A stretch of DNA of 64,000 bases, taken from NCBI GenBank assembly GCA_024679065.1, contig JAGIQG010000020.1, positions 26,846,001-26,910,000 on the forward strand, read 5' to 3'. Positions 36,981 through 49,675 of this stretch are shown piece by piece. How positions within the stretch are numbered: position 1 is the stretch's first letter; each line of letters begins with the position of its first letter. The DNA is from Sphyrna mokarran. Its lineage: Eukaryota. Below the pieces are notes generated by a model. It saw nothing but the letters and a program-made list of their open reading frames with translations. It did no database searches and was not told where the DNA came from. Made by a program: the position numbers and the translations under genes.

Positions 36981-38454
36981 GTGCCTCCCGTTGTGTGTGA
37001 TGTGGTGGCCCAGCAGTTAAAGGCTTAACATTGTATGTAAACACATGTCATACAGAACTGAGTGTCCCTGATAGTGTTATCTGAAGAAATCTTCTGGGAA
37101 AAACCAGTTTCTTTCTACACATTGAAGAATTAAGTACTGACTCTTTTAAAGAAATAGAGTCTAGAAAAAAATTCTGTCAAGTCTGCTTAAAATTCTACAA
37201 GAAAGTATTTTGCTGCCCAAATATCATATGATTTGCTGCATATCTTTTAATGTGATCAGGAGTTGAGCACAGTAATCCCACTTTTGACATTGCATCAAAA
37301 TTACAGGCGTTCTTTGGAGTAGTACTGCTTTGGTGTTGAGATTGTACAAGAGACTGGGTTCAGAATAATGATTGCTGTTCATATTTAAAACATTTACTGA
37401 TTGAGAATTAACTTTTTTTTGCTCCTCTGGTATTCCATGTTTTGATTTTAATTTCAGATTTCCCCCGAAAGAGCGGGTCCTTCTCATTTCACACTTTACA
37501 CTGCCCTTTCCTCTCCTCTGTGTCGCCCTGACAACTATCCGCAGTGTCTGATGAATGTTTTCATCTTCACTTGAAAATTATGACTGAAGGAGCAGCCTTA
37601 AATGGGATTCTGTGAAGATAGTGTGGGCAGACAATTAACAGAAGTCACTGTTGCGTGGATAAATGGGGGAATAATGGTGATTAGGCATTTACACAAAAAA
37701 GGCATGATGTGGTAATGTACCTTTTTTGAGTCATTACGCAGTCAGGAGCAGACAGCTTTCTATTTATGCGGCTTCATGGATATGTGTATCACATGATGCT
37801 TCTTTGGGAGTGAACGCTAATGACTGAGTTCATTTATTCCCTCATTCTGTTTCCTCTACCTGCCACTTGGCAACAATGTGAACAATTCAATAAAAGACTA
37901 AGTCAACAGTACCTGGCCCTGTGGCATTGCTTAAATAATGCAGTTCAAGTCCCCATGCAGAGGCGATGCTCAGTAACACAGATCTCATTGTTAAGGTGCT
38001 TAAGGACGTTAATTTTACGTGGCTGCCTGAAACTGTTCATCACAGAGACTTGTTTAGTGCAAAAATAGGTAAGGCATGTAAAGTCTGAGTGTGGCAAAAG
38101 CCAAGCTCGCATGGTGTAACCACTGCATCTTGTGGCATTTGGCAGTAATTTCTGCTGAGGAATGTCTTTTCTGTCTTCTGTAAATTCAGTGCTTAATTGG
38201 GGTGTGGGAAGGGGTCAGTGGCATGGCTTAGATATGTGGTTCTAAGACTTGTATGCACCATCTATGTGTGTAGTATATTTGTATATCTGTGTGCGTATAC
38301 CATGTCCGATGAAATTTCTTTGTCTATTCAATTGCCATAAAATGCACTGTAGGCCCTAGGCTGTAACTGGCATTATTTTGGCTTGTATATTGTGGGCCAG
38401 ATTCAACTTTAGAGCAACCTTGAGTTTTTCTCCCTTTTAAAATGATGTTCAAAT

Positions 38455-38502
38455 GAACCAAACCCATAACTTGATCACAAACCAAACCCACAACTTGATC
38501 AC
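38455..38502. repeat. Two-copy tandem duplication of ~24 bp
   Basis: aaccaaacccataacttgatcac / aaccaaacccacaacttgatcac. Confidence 0.9.
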
Positions 38503-38525
38503 TTGTGCAATAAAATAGAAATTGG

Positions 38526-38789
38526 AATCATAGAATTCTCACAGTGCAGAAGGAGGCCATTCAGCTCATCAAGCTTGCACTGACAACAATCCACATATTT
38601 ACCTGCTAATTCCCTTAAGGGGCAATTTAGTGTGGCCAATCCACCTAACCTGCAGACCTTTGGATTGTGGAGGAAACTGGAGCACCTCGTGGAAACCAGG
38701 CAGTCATGTGTGCAAACACAAACAGTGACCCAAGCTGAGAATCGAAGCTGTGGCACTGTGAGGCAACAGTGTTAACCACCGTGCCGTCC
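38526..38789 (-). mobile_element. HE1-type SINE
   Basis: aatcatagaattctcacagtgcagaaggaggcc tail; reverse head. Confidence 0.88.
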
Positions 38790-39159
38790 AATGTCACTGT
38801 CCATTGAAAAGATCAGTCAACATGTCTTTCCTTTTTAAAAAGACCTTGAGCAAAGTGTTCAATTGCTAATTGTTCTAAAAGTTTGGCTGATGTTTTAAAA
38901 TTTGTTTTGATCCCCCTGCGCTAATAGGTCTGGCAGTGCTGCACAACAGAATCGACTGGCAAGAGACTAATTTCCTTCATGCCAAGAACTTACAACAATA
39001 ACATATGTGAATTAGTCTGTGGAAATGTTTGTGGCCCTTCATCTGATTTGGACTTTCTGCCATCATCAGAACAGTTTTAGATGTTCAGTTTCAGTTATTT
39101 CTTCAGATGTTTCTTCTGTAACCAAACTATCCTGTATAACTAATTTCTTAATTGTACAT

Positions 39160-39475
39160 GGGTGACACAAAGGTTAGCAATGTCACCTCACAGCGCCAGG
39201 GACCCAAGTTCAATTCTGGCTCGGGTCACTGTCTGTATGGAATTTGCACATACTCCCCGTGTTTGTGTAGGTTTCCTCCAGGTCTCAGGTTCCTCCCACA
39301 ACCTAGAGATGTGCGAATTAGGTTGACTGGCTGTGCTAAAAATTGATTTGTCAAGGGGATTAGCAGGGTAATATGTGGGACTACGGGAATAGGGCCTGAG
39401 AATAGGAAATTGTGGTTGGTGAAGACTCTGTGGACTGAAAGGCCACCTTCTGCACTGTAAGCTTTCTGTGATTCA
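39160..39475 (+). mobile_element. HE1-type SINE
   Basis: ggttagcaatgtcacctcacagcgccagggacccaagttcaattc...ttctgcactgtaag. Confidence 0.88.
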
Positions 39476-40571
39476 ATGTGTTGGTTAGGCTTTGCTACTA
39501 TTATGTAGTTTTACAATTTCTACAGCTAAATTCAGTCTTGGGAACTGTTGGAAGGCTCAATCTCTCAGCTATCTTGAGGCAGCTCTCCTAAACAAAAACT
39601 ACACAACAATTGATCTTGGTTCAATGACCATTTCCATGTGTTTAACTTATGATTTGACAGCTGATTTTCTGAAATACCAGTAATCCTGTTTTGGCATTGG
39701 TTATTTGAACTGTTGCATTCAAGATGCAGCATTTCCAAGAGCACTGTGAGTAAAATTTGTCTCCAACAATAATTGCAAGGCATTGCTAGACTTCTTCCTC
39801 ACTAAGACTGAGATGAACCGATGAGCTGCTTATCCTTTCTGTCCCTTCCAGTAACCCACTGGATAAAATTCCTCGCTACCCAAGCCTTAAACTTTCTCCC
39901 ATTTTTCTCTTAACCTTCCTCGTGTCCTTTCCAAGCTCAAATAGTCCAAAAGACCAGTTCCTACTTTCTCAAGACTACTCCCACTAAATTGTTGACCACC
40001 CTCCCAATTCCTGGGCACTGTATTAGCTGATTATTTTTCAATGGTTCTGTCTTTTCATGCACTTCAGTTCACTTCCTTCCAATTTGTAGTCATCAAGCCT
40101 CTCCACAAAAAAATCTCCTTGACAGCACCAACCTATGCCCCATCCCCTTTCCTTTCTTAGTTTTTGTACGTGCTACACCCCTATCTTTTCCCAGAACTTC
40201 ATGTTTGATCAGACCCAATTTGATACTGTGGCAGAAATCGGATTAAGGGATTCAAAGTCTCTAATGACATCTTATATGTCTGTGACAAAAATAAACTATT
40301 CTTTCTTGATTTTCTTGATCTTTGTGCAGTCTTTGACATGTTTGACCATCCTCCAAGGCTCCTCTGCTATTATCCAGCTGGGTTGGGGCTTCACTCCCCT
40401 CTTTCTTATCTATCTAGAAGTAGCTAAAATACAACTTGCAATGATTTCCCCTTCTATTCCTATACCAGCACCTGTGGCAACCCCCAAGAATTAATCCTTA
40501 GCTCCTTCATATTTCTCAATCTGTATGTTGACTGAGTGACTTCATCTGAAAACACAGCATGTACAAAGAGG

Positions 40572-40876
40572 GGTGGGCAGTGGTTAGTATTGTTGCCTCA
40601 CAGCTCCAGAAACCCAGGTTTGATTCCCTGCTTGGGTGATTATCTGTGTGGAGCTTGCACATTTGCCCCATGTCTGTGTGGGTTTCCTCCCAGGTGCTCC
40701 TCCTAGTCCAAAGATGTGCAGGTTAAGTGGATTGACCATGTTAAATTGCCCCTTCACGTCAGAGGGACTAACAGGGTAGATATGTGGGGTTACAGGGATA
40801 AGCCTGGGTAGAATTTTGTTTGGTGCAGACTCGATGGGCCAAATGGTCTCCTTTTGCACTGTAGGATCCTATGATT
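40572..40876 (+). mobile_element. HE1-type SINE nested in L2
   Basis: cagtggttagtattgttgcctcacagc...gcactgtaggatcctatgat. Confidence 0.9.
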
Positions 40877-41029
40877 TTAATTTGGAGCCTTGATTCATGT
40901 ACACTGATGATAGCCAGTTCCACGCCAGCAGCACCTCATTATCTGCACTTATCAGACTGCTTATCCAATATCCAGTACTGGATGAATAAGAGTTTCTTCC
41001 ACTTAAATATTAGGAAGTTTGAAGCCAAA

Positions 41030-41165
41030 GGCTGAAATCTTACCACTCTTCATGCAGGCAGGGTTTTCCCAGCCCCTTGCAGTGAATAGAGATTTGGCTA
41101 AGTGCCAAATTCTCTCAACTCACTGCAGCGGGAGTGTGATGTGAACAGCTGGTAAGGTCATGCCC
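41030..41165. mobile_element. MITE, probably Harbinger-derived, nested in L2
   Basis: Imperfect TIRs ggctgaaatcttacca / tggtaaggtcatgccc. Confidence 0.6.
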
Positions 41166-41984
41166 AGAGCCTTTGCTTCTCACTACAAGCTCTGGTCTCT
41201 AGCTGTCAGCTCCATCCCCTTCCCTGGCAACTGGTCTGAGGCTGTCTGCAACCTTAGTGTCGTATCTGATCTTGAGATGAGCATCCAACCATCTAGCTGT
41301 GCAGCTATTTAGACGTAGACTGACGGTTTCTTCCTTGCTATTGTTCCTTCAGCTCATTTGCTGCTGTAACCCTCACCCCTGCATTTGGCACCTCTAAATT
41401 TGACTAATGTAGTGCGTTCCTAGCCATCTTCCACTCTCTGCTGTCTAAACCTGAGCTCATCCAAAACTCCCCCCAAGTTTTAATTGCTCTACCGTTGGTG
41501 GTCATGCTTTCTGTTGTCTCACCCGTAAACTCTGGAATTCCAGAGATGGCTCTTTTAAGATCATCTTAAAACCAACCTTTTGGCATTTGTCCCAATGCCT
41601 CCTTAAGTGGCTTGGGGTGGAATTTTCCTATCACACCCACCATGGGAATTGTAACCCTGGTGTTAAATTTGCCTTTAAACACTATTGTGGAGTCTCTTGA
41701 AATGTTATGTTAAAAGGGTCAGATAAAATACAAGTTGTATCCTGACTCAATATGCTGAATGCATTAGGAATATTTAGGACCATTTTTATAGGTAGATTTT
41801 CTGATTAATCACAAAGTGATAAATAGGGTGGCAATTGGTTGATGCCAAAGCTTCACCCACTGCACACTTCATTTAATTGATTCGCCTGTTTTTTTTATGT
41901 GATGCTGAATTGGAAGTCCCTGAAAATATCACTGAGATATTACATAATTCTCTGAAAATAAAATCCACCAATATAAAACGGCGC

Positions 41985-42172
41985 AACAAAATCAGAAAAT
42001 GCTCTCAGACCTGCTGAGTTTCTCCAGCATCTGTGGAGAGGGAACAGAGCCAACATTTCAAGTCTGGATGACCTTTCGTTAGAGCTCCCGCCAAAGAAGC
42101 TGTCAGACCTGCTGAGTCTCTGCAGTATTTTCTGTTTCTGTTTCAGATTCCAGTATCTGCAATATTTTGCCT
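41985..42172. mobile_element. Palindromic Penelope-like repeat with a micro-inversion and a hammerhead vestige
   Basis: Same family as 18985; minus strand CTAACGA-AAGGTC-ATCCA-GACTT-GAAA at 42056-42082. Confidence 0.7.
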
Positions 42173-44521
42173 TGAATATAAAATGGCCATCGAAGGTTGC
42201 ATTGTAGGCGGGGTGTGCATTAAAAAGGGGGCTAGAAGTAGCCTTGGTTTAAATGTAAGGTTGTTGTCCCAACTTTTGTTTGGTGTTTCCCCTCCCCCAC
42301 GTCTGCACGTTATTGCTGTATGTTGATGGTCATACCAAATGTTATGACAGTATTACTTCTTGGAACCATGACAATATTTAATGCAAGGGGTTGCCTTTTG
42401 GGAGACCTACTTTGCTTGTGTTTTTAGGATGTGGGAAAGGTGGAGCAGTGGTGGGGGGTGGGGAGGGGTGATGTCAGCTCATCAGGCCGCACCTCAGGCT
42501 GACTGTGCTCCAAGCTGTACCATCACACAGGCTAATACACAGTGAGGGTGGCTCTGCAGTGACAAACGGAGCCACCCTCTTTGCTGCCACTTCGTCCCAA
42601 CTCACTATTTGGAGAGTAAGAGTTAGTGTTTAGTCGTTGTATCCAATCAATCTCTTAGCCAAAGACTTAATTCCCGTCTCCACATTGATAATTATATCCT
42701 CGGGGCTCTGCCAGGCAGTTTTATCACTCCAACTGCATTTGTGAAGCCTGAAAAGTACATGAAGGATATTGGAGGTCTTTGGAAAGGTATCCAGCATCCT
42801 TTTTCTCCTGCGTGCAGCCACTTGGTGTCTGTGCCTTTAATTTGATCTATCATTGTAAGTAGCCCTTAAGGCTGGTTGAGAGCTGACCCACAGCTGAAAC
42901 GGAACCTGTTTAAAAACCAGGCCGAATAAGCAGCCAAGTAATCAAGTGGGTCCAAATAATACAACACTCACCACAGGGCTAATCAGTGGCCCCATTGAGA
43001 AAAATCTGTTAATTTTTTTTAAACCTGTGCCTTTTTAATATTTGAAATAAAACATGTTGTTCTAAAGGAAGTGCACTTCAAAAAATTGTGGGTTTTTCTG
43101 GTTCCTTCATCTAATGTCAGTCAAAGATAGAAATTTATTAGGAAGATACCCACTCCAATCAATATGCAATCTGGCTAAAAGCACATCTGTGATATATTGA
43201 AAATTATTCTGAAATCTCAACATATTGTCTGCATGAGAACGAGTGGTGTAGTCGGTGCCTGCTTTTATGCTGGCCCGGTGCTAAGGAACTGTCTTGATTT
43301 TGCCACCGGTCTCCTCCTGTTACATACAACAAGGATCCAGCATTTTCAATCAAAGCTGAAACATTTCATTTGTTTTGTTTTCAAGAGACGGTGGTGGGGG
43401 CGGGGGGGGGAGCTCATTCCTGCCATTAATCCTTATTGTTTCTGTTTTGATTATTCTAAGGAGAGAAATGCATCTATTGGGCAAATGCAACTTATCGTGA
43501 TAAACTGCCTTCCTATCTCAGATCATTGAGTAATGACAGGCAATACGGTCAGGAATTTTGTTGTTGTAGGTTACAGATAATTAACGTCGTTGAAAGAAGC
43601 CTGCCCTGCTGGCGTCTCGCTGGCTGGCCCCTGTCTGGCATCTTCAGTCAAGTTCCAGATCTAGCTAAAGTTATCAGCAGAATGTCTTCCCTGGGTAGAT
43701 AAGATAGTGATGTTCTGTCATAGAACCCAATTTACTGTACAGCCCGGCTAATAACTGCAGGGTTAGCCATTATTTCTGTGACTTCTAATTTCTTATTCTG
43801 CAAATGTATCTGTCTGCTATTTCAAACTGTATTTGTGATGCTATTTATTCTCGCTCTTAATCTCTCGAGAAGCATTTCGGCATATTAAACCAAGAATTGG
43901 GTGTATTCATAATAAATGAGGAAATGTTTTTTTTCTCTGTCGATTCCCTAAAGCTGTGAAGGAATTTATTCTTTGATCATCTGATGCATCCAAAGTCTTG
44001 GATTTAGATACTTTTGACAGGAGGTTCGCTTGATTCACAGTACTCCTTAACAGAGAGCTACCCAGCAGGAGATGAAAGTTGATATAGCGTTAGAAAGATT
44101 TGCTGGAGGTAAAAAAAACTCAGCACTTTAAGGCTACATTTAGCTTAAAACAAAGGAAGGCCTTTGCTTCTGAGTTTAACAACAGTGGCTCTGAAATCCC
44201 CCTTAATTTAGAGCCTGTCAGTCTCAGGCTACAAGATTTCTGATTAAGAATCAGAAGATAACGTTGTACAAAAATACGTTAGCTTAAACAGTCTAGTGCT
44301 GAATCTCCATTTACACAAACAAATTTAATAATATTGCTGTATAATTACATGATGAGTTAATAATTGACTTACTACTCAAACTAAAGTAGGGAAAAAGGCT
44401 CACAAGTTTTGAATCTTTTTTTTATATAAATTTACCGAAGCTTTAAGGAACTATTCTTTAGAGTATTTAGAATGTGACCGTGCCTTTTATGATTTTGAAA
44501 CTTGCTTTGATGGGTATGAAG

Positions 44522-44923
44522 TGGAGGCAATGGCCTAGTGGTATTATTGCTAGACAATTAATCCAGAAACTCAGTTAATGTTTTGGGGACCTGGGTTTGA
44601 ATCCTGCCACAGATGGTGGAATTTGAATTTAATAAAATGTATCTGGAATTAAAAATCTGCTGATGACCATGAAACCATTGATTATCAGAAAAACCCATCT
44701 GGTTCACTAATGTTCTTTAGGGAAGAAAATCTGCTGTCTTTACCCGGTTGGCCTACATGTGACTTTAAAACCACAGCCATGTGGTTTACTCTCAGCTGCC
44801 CTTTGAAATGACCTAGCAAACCACTCAGTTGTTCAAGAAAGCAGCTCATCACCACTTTCTCAAGGGCAATTAGGGATGGGCAATAAATGCTGGCCCAGCC
44901 AGTAACACCCATGAATGAAAAAA
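44522..44923 (+). mobile_element. Second tRNA-derived SINE family
   Basis: A box tggcctagtgg, B box ggtttgaatcc, tail gggcaataaatgctggcccagcc...catgaatgaaaaaa; reverse copy at 55179-55538. Confidence 0.85.
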
Positions 44924-45133
44924 GTATTATGTTGTTCTGTGATCTTTCCTCCATTCGAAGGGCTAGGAGCTGTGGGATTTTGAGATCATGTGGCATTCTG
45001 GAGTTGGGCAAAGACGTAATTGCTCCTGTTTTTTCACTATTTGCCCTTCCACATTCTGCAATGCATTTCTGAAGGAGGTTTGATAAAATCATGAGAGAAC
45101 TCACAAAACTGATGAAACGTTGATACCATTAGT
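44871..45133 (+). repeat. Donor arm of a local inverted templated duplication (copy at 45586-45852)
   Basis: For example gagatcatgtggcattctggagttgggcaaagac versus gtctttgcccaactccagaatgccacatgatctc. Confidence 0.95.
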
Positions 45134-45402
45134 CAGGACACTTTGAAATTCTTTTTATTTGCAGGTCATGTGGATTGTAAAAGCAACCCAGTTAATTTAT
45201 TGCCCGTAATTTTCTCCCAGCAACTGAAGTTGCTAACGTCCTCATTAAGTTTCTGTAGGGCCAGCATTACTTATACCTTGTGGGCTGACTGTGCGTGAGC
45301 GTGTTACATTACTCCTCCTGATTTCCCTTAACCTCTCTAAATCCATACTCAATAAACAGTCAAAGTGAGGGGCAGTCACATGAAAGGTGATTGGAATTTA
45401 GA

Positions 45403-45997
45403 GGTGGTTAGCATTGTTGCCTTATAGTGGCAGGGACCCTGGTTCAATTCCCAGCTCAGATGATTATGCTGAGTTTGCAAATTCTCCTGTGTTGGCATGG
45501 GTTTCCTCTGAGTGCTCCGGTTTCCACCCACACTCCAAAGATGTGCAGGTTAGGTAATTAGCTATGCTAAATTTTCCCATTTGATACTGATAGTATCAAA
45601 GCTTCATCAGTTTTGTGAATTCTCTCATGATTTTTATCAAACCTCCTTTAGAGATGCATTGCAGAGTGTGGAAGGGCAAATGGTGAAAAAAAACAGGAGC
45701 AACTCGGTCTTTGCCCAACTCCAGAATGCCACATGATCTCAAAATCATGCAGCTCCTAGCCCTTCAAATGGAGAAAAGATAACAGAACAACATAATACTT
45801 TTTTTTATTCATGGATGGTGCTGGCTGGGCCAGCATTTATTGCCTATCCCTAGGAATATCTAGGCTAGATGGATTAGCGAGGTAAATATTTGGGGTTACG
45901 GGATTAGGCTGGAGGGTCTGAGTGCAGCGTTGATGGGCTGAATGGTCTCTTCTGCGCTGCAATGATTCTATAATTCTACAATTCTGATTCTATAATT
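45403..45997 (+). mobile_element. HE1-type SINE interrupted by the inverted templated insertion
   Basis: Head and body 45403-45580, resumes ~45855 (ggattagcgaggtaaatattggggttacggg) to the (attcta)n tail. Confidence 0.85.
45586..45852 (-). repeat. Inverted copy of 44871-45133 inserted inside the SINE
   Basis: Colinear reverse-complement match, about 90% by eye. Confidence 0.95.
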
Positions 45998-46189
45998 CAG
46001 GGTATTGTTGTAAATAATGATAACCAGAGTGTAACCAGAAGGGACAAAGCATGCAAATATGAAGAATGCACCAACAAATATGGCTCATGTAGGGAAAAAT
46101 AGCTTTAACCAAGCAGAGGGGAAGGAGGATTCAGTCAAAGGAAGATTTAGAAATCTAAAGATAAAAGTTGAGCAATAGAAAATTTAAAA

Positions 46190-46250
46190 TAAAGTTTATT
46201 TATTAATCACAAGTAAAGCTTACATTAACACTGCAATGAAGTTATTGTGA
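46190..46250 (-). mobile_element. Isolated type-B SINE tail
   Basis: aaagtttatttattaatcacaagtaaagcttacattaacactgcaatgaagttattgtga. Confidence 0.8.
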
Positions 46251-46689
46251 TGTCAAGACAAGGTGAGAGGGATGGTGAGTTTAATAGTCATAGTGCATTA
46301 GAGGGTAAGGTTCTGTATAGGGAATAGTCGTTAAGAAAATTGAAGCCATTTGATCTGGGTGAATGAGCATCCACAATGAAATGAATAAACTAGAGGCACA
46401 AATGGGGGTAAATGATAACATCAGGATATTAGCGAGAGAGGCAGGATTATTTAACAATGTCATATTAAAAGGACCAGTCAGAAATAGTGATCATAATACA
46501 ATTGAGTTCCACACACAGCTTGAAAACAACCTGATCTGATCACAAGCAAAGTCAATTAAATAGATACAATGGGAATTTAGTCTCATAAGTAGGCATTCAA
46601 TTCTGTTGGGACCAGTCCAAAGTGATTTTAAGCTCCCAAGAGTTTATTTTCATTCTTCCCCTTTCCCAACCCTGCCTGTAGACCAAATC

Positions 46690-47017
46690 TTTCCTCTTGT
46701 GGGGCAATAATGAACAAGACTCACAGGTATTAGGTTGTGAGGTAGTAGGTTTAAAACTGAGATGAGGAGGAACTACTTCTCGCAGAGGGTGGTGAATTTG
46801 TGGAACTCGCTTCCCCATAGCACGATGGAGTCTGAATCATTGAATGGCTTCAACAAGGAGATAGATATATTTCTAACTTTAAAAAAGAGATAATAGGATA
46901 TGGGGAACAGGTGGGATGGTGGATTTGAGACCAGGCAGACATTAGTCATGATCTGACTGAATGGCGGAAAAGCGCAAAGGGCTGAATTTGTCTATTTCTG
47001 CTTCTAATTCCTATGTT
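46690..47017 (+). mobile_element. CR1 LINE 3' end
   Basis: gagatgaggaggaactacttctcgcagagggtggtgaatttgtggaactcgcttcc (RRNYFSQRVVNLWNSLP); tail ctaattcctatgtt. Confidence 0.88.
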
Positions 47018-47730
47018 GCAGTCCAGTGCTGGAGTGAGACTTGAACCCAGAATCTTGTGGTGCAGTGAAAACATTATTCAACTACACCTGGCACTCAGTC
47101 TAGGGACTGTAGACCAATTAGCTTAATACCTGGGACAGGAAACATATACAGGACTTGAATCTTTATGACTTTATATTGTTAAGATTCCATGAAGACCAAC
47201 AAATTAAAAAAAATCATAACGACTTTTCCCAAAGGCAATAGATAACACAATAAGACTTCATGTTTTTAAGATTTTTACTGCAACATTTCCAAAATGAACA
47301 TTGACTAAATCTTACTTAATAGGTAATTAAATGCACTAAGCTGGAGAAGATACATTCCCCAGTGACTTCCCATCCCAAAGCCCTGTGCCATGTTTATATA
47401 TTTACAGCATATTCCCAGCAGACATCTAGACGTGTCTTTTAAAGTTCCCAAAGGTCTCCCTGCCCCTGTAAGAGGCTATCTTTCACTCTCCTCATAAATC
47501 AATTTCCCTTCACTCAGTCTTCTGAATAGACCTCTAGCAGTAAGCGTCCTGCCTGCTGGCGACACCTCTGTCTTCTCCACAGCAGGCTTTGGCTCTTCTT
47601 TTAGGGATTCCGTCCTCCCAAGCACCCTGCATCCTCTGAGGTGGTCTTTCCTCAAATCCTTTCGGTCTTGCTATGTCAGGGAGTCGTTGGCCTGCATCTT
47701 TAAGGTCAGCCAGCTGCTTTGTGTCCGTGA

Positions 47731-47772
47731 GGGGAGTTTTTTCATCCTGCCTGTCATGGGAATCATAGTCAT

Positions 47773-47803
<31 letters not shown>

Positions 47804-47896
47804 GGTGGTGAGAGGAAGGGAGTGGATCATGCAAAGGTGTGTTGATCCTGGATGGGATTTTCCCGTTTTGGACGAGTGCAGCCAGAAAATCCCGCC
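47731..47896. mobile_element. MITE-like element containing a 30-nt poly-G run (47773-47802)
   Basis: Ends ggggagttttttc / gaaaatcccgcc; related to 49844-49921. Confidence 0.6.
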
Positions 47897-48157
47897 TAGT
47901 GTGTTCAAGTCAGGTGTAAACTTTCAATAATTTTTTAAGCCTGGGCCTCCAGTCCCCATGGCAACCAAAGGACATGGGACTATCACTGGGTGGAGTTTCC
48001 AACAAAACCATCTCCCATTCCAAGGGTTTATATATTGAGAGAGTTTAAAACGTAATTGTATCATCTGGCAATTATAACAATATTTTATTTTTGACAATGT
48101 CAGCGAGTTGTTGGTTGGCCCCCCCCATCGAGGTTCAGTTGAGCAGTTCTGTTTTGG

Positions 48158-48278
48158 TATATAAATGACTAAGTGTTAATGAATGCAAGTTTGTGTCTTG
48201 TTGCAACAAATCCGGACGTTAAGTCCGATTACGGTTTATGGTGCAACTCTGAGGCTAAAATTAGTCTCCAAGGTAAGT
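48158..48278 (+). promoter_or_regulatory. Candidate alternative promoter or first exon ending at a consensus splice donor
   Basis: TATATAAA at 48158-48165; AAG|GTAAGT donor at 48272/48273; local CpG retention; TE-free context. Confidence 0.3.
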
Positions 48279-49675
48279 TTTCTATTTTTAAATCCTGGAC
48301 TATGGGGTTGACTTTGTAATATGTGAACAATAAAAAAAAGGCAACTGCAGGGTGTATTCCCTGAGGAACATAGAATCATTTCAGTGAAATCATCAAACGT
48401 ATTGATGGCTTTTAAGGAGAATCATAGAAATTTGTGATGTTGAGCTAATAAGCAGTTGGAGCTACCAGTCTGTCAAACCTAGTCTGTGGAATTGAGCCAA
48501 ATTGATTTGTCAGTCACAAATGCAGAAGGCTGCCAACCAGCTACATTGCTGCATAGTGTAGGCTTAATCGATAAACCTCCCTATAGTAGTATTGTTTGTT
48601 CAGTGTAGCAAGGTTAGGCGGTATAGCGTTTTCAGATTTTTGTTTTGTTGGATGGATTTATGAAAGGTCCGTTTAAAAAGTATAAAGCGTTAGTACATTG
48701 CGGAAACTAATGAATAGCTGGTTTGGCTCGCAACCTCGGTGACCCGACTGAAGCAGGCTGTGTGGAGAAAGGGCCTGATATTATGACACATAAAGGAACG
48801 GAAAACATCGTAATTGGAAATGTCAGTCTGTTTCATTGACTGTGCGAGGTGGCAGAGGCTCAAGCTGGCGTTCTAAAACTGACCAGGTCTTTAGGGGGTG
48901 GGGGGGCGGGGGGGTGATTCTCCTAATTGTTGACTTGCTGTTGGTCATGAAACATGTACTCGTACCCTGTGATGGATTTCCAAAGGTCGATGGGTGAGTG
49001 AGTCAGGTAAATTGACTGTAAATGTTATCAGTTAAAGGTGTCATTTCGTGACCACCTTTAGAGTGCAGAACACTTGGCTTCATCCTATTCCATTTTTATT
49101 TTGCCGCATTTGTATTGTCAGGTTAGGCAACTCTGCAGAACCCCGAAACATGGGGTAGGGTCTCACCCATCTCCAGTCCAATCAATGTTGAATTTTTGCA
49201 GATCACAACATTTTCTTTAACCACATGATAGCCGATGGTTTTTCAAGGTGAACTCAAAACTCTTCTCCCCCCCACTATGGTGGAAGTGTTGGGCTACATT
49301 TCACTTAGTGTATTACCCCAAATAATTCTTCATTATAAACTGTGCAGATATTCTATTTAGCTGTTCAGTAAATATAATACAGACTCCAGTATATTAAAGG
49401 GTATACGTAGCAGGATATTGGATTGGAGTTGGAAGAATGGTGGGTGCGTATATGCAGGAACACACAGTCAAATTCTAATCCTGTCTTCATCAGGTATTTG
49501 CTCATCTATATCTTTACCAGGAGCTTCCTAGGTAGAAAACAGGGACCAGGTACTGTAATGATTTCTATTTCCCCTCGCATCCCATATTTACAGTAACATC
49601 AGCTAGCTCGACACTTCAACTTAAGCCTCACACTATCTTTTATTGATCAGTGTTGTGCCACATGCTAAGTTCACA

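Larger units (their letters stand above)
39840..41738 (+). mobile_element. Decayed L2-type LINE RT region with nested SINE and MITE
   Basis: cttgatctttgtgcagtctttgacatgtttgaccat (LDLSAAFDTVDH-like), cccccaagaattaatcctt (PQGSIL-like), tacactgatgatagccag (YADDTQ-like), tail ...ataaaatacaagttgt. Confidence 0.8.

Noticed and set aside
37440-37600. Strong-looking acceptor (ttttaatttcag) and a CTGATGA...GAAA motif
   Set aside because: No convincing donor or recognisable peptide follows, and the stems needed for a hammerhead cannot be formed.
47534-47908. 124-aa ORF with poly-proline
   Set aside because: The poly-Pro comes from the poly-G run in a MITE and the remainder matches nothing I recognise.
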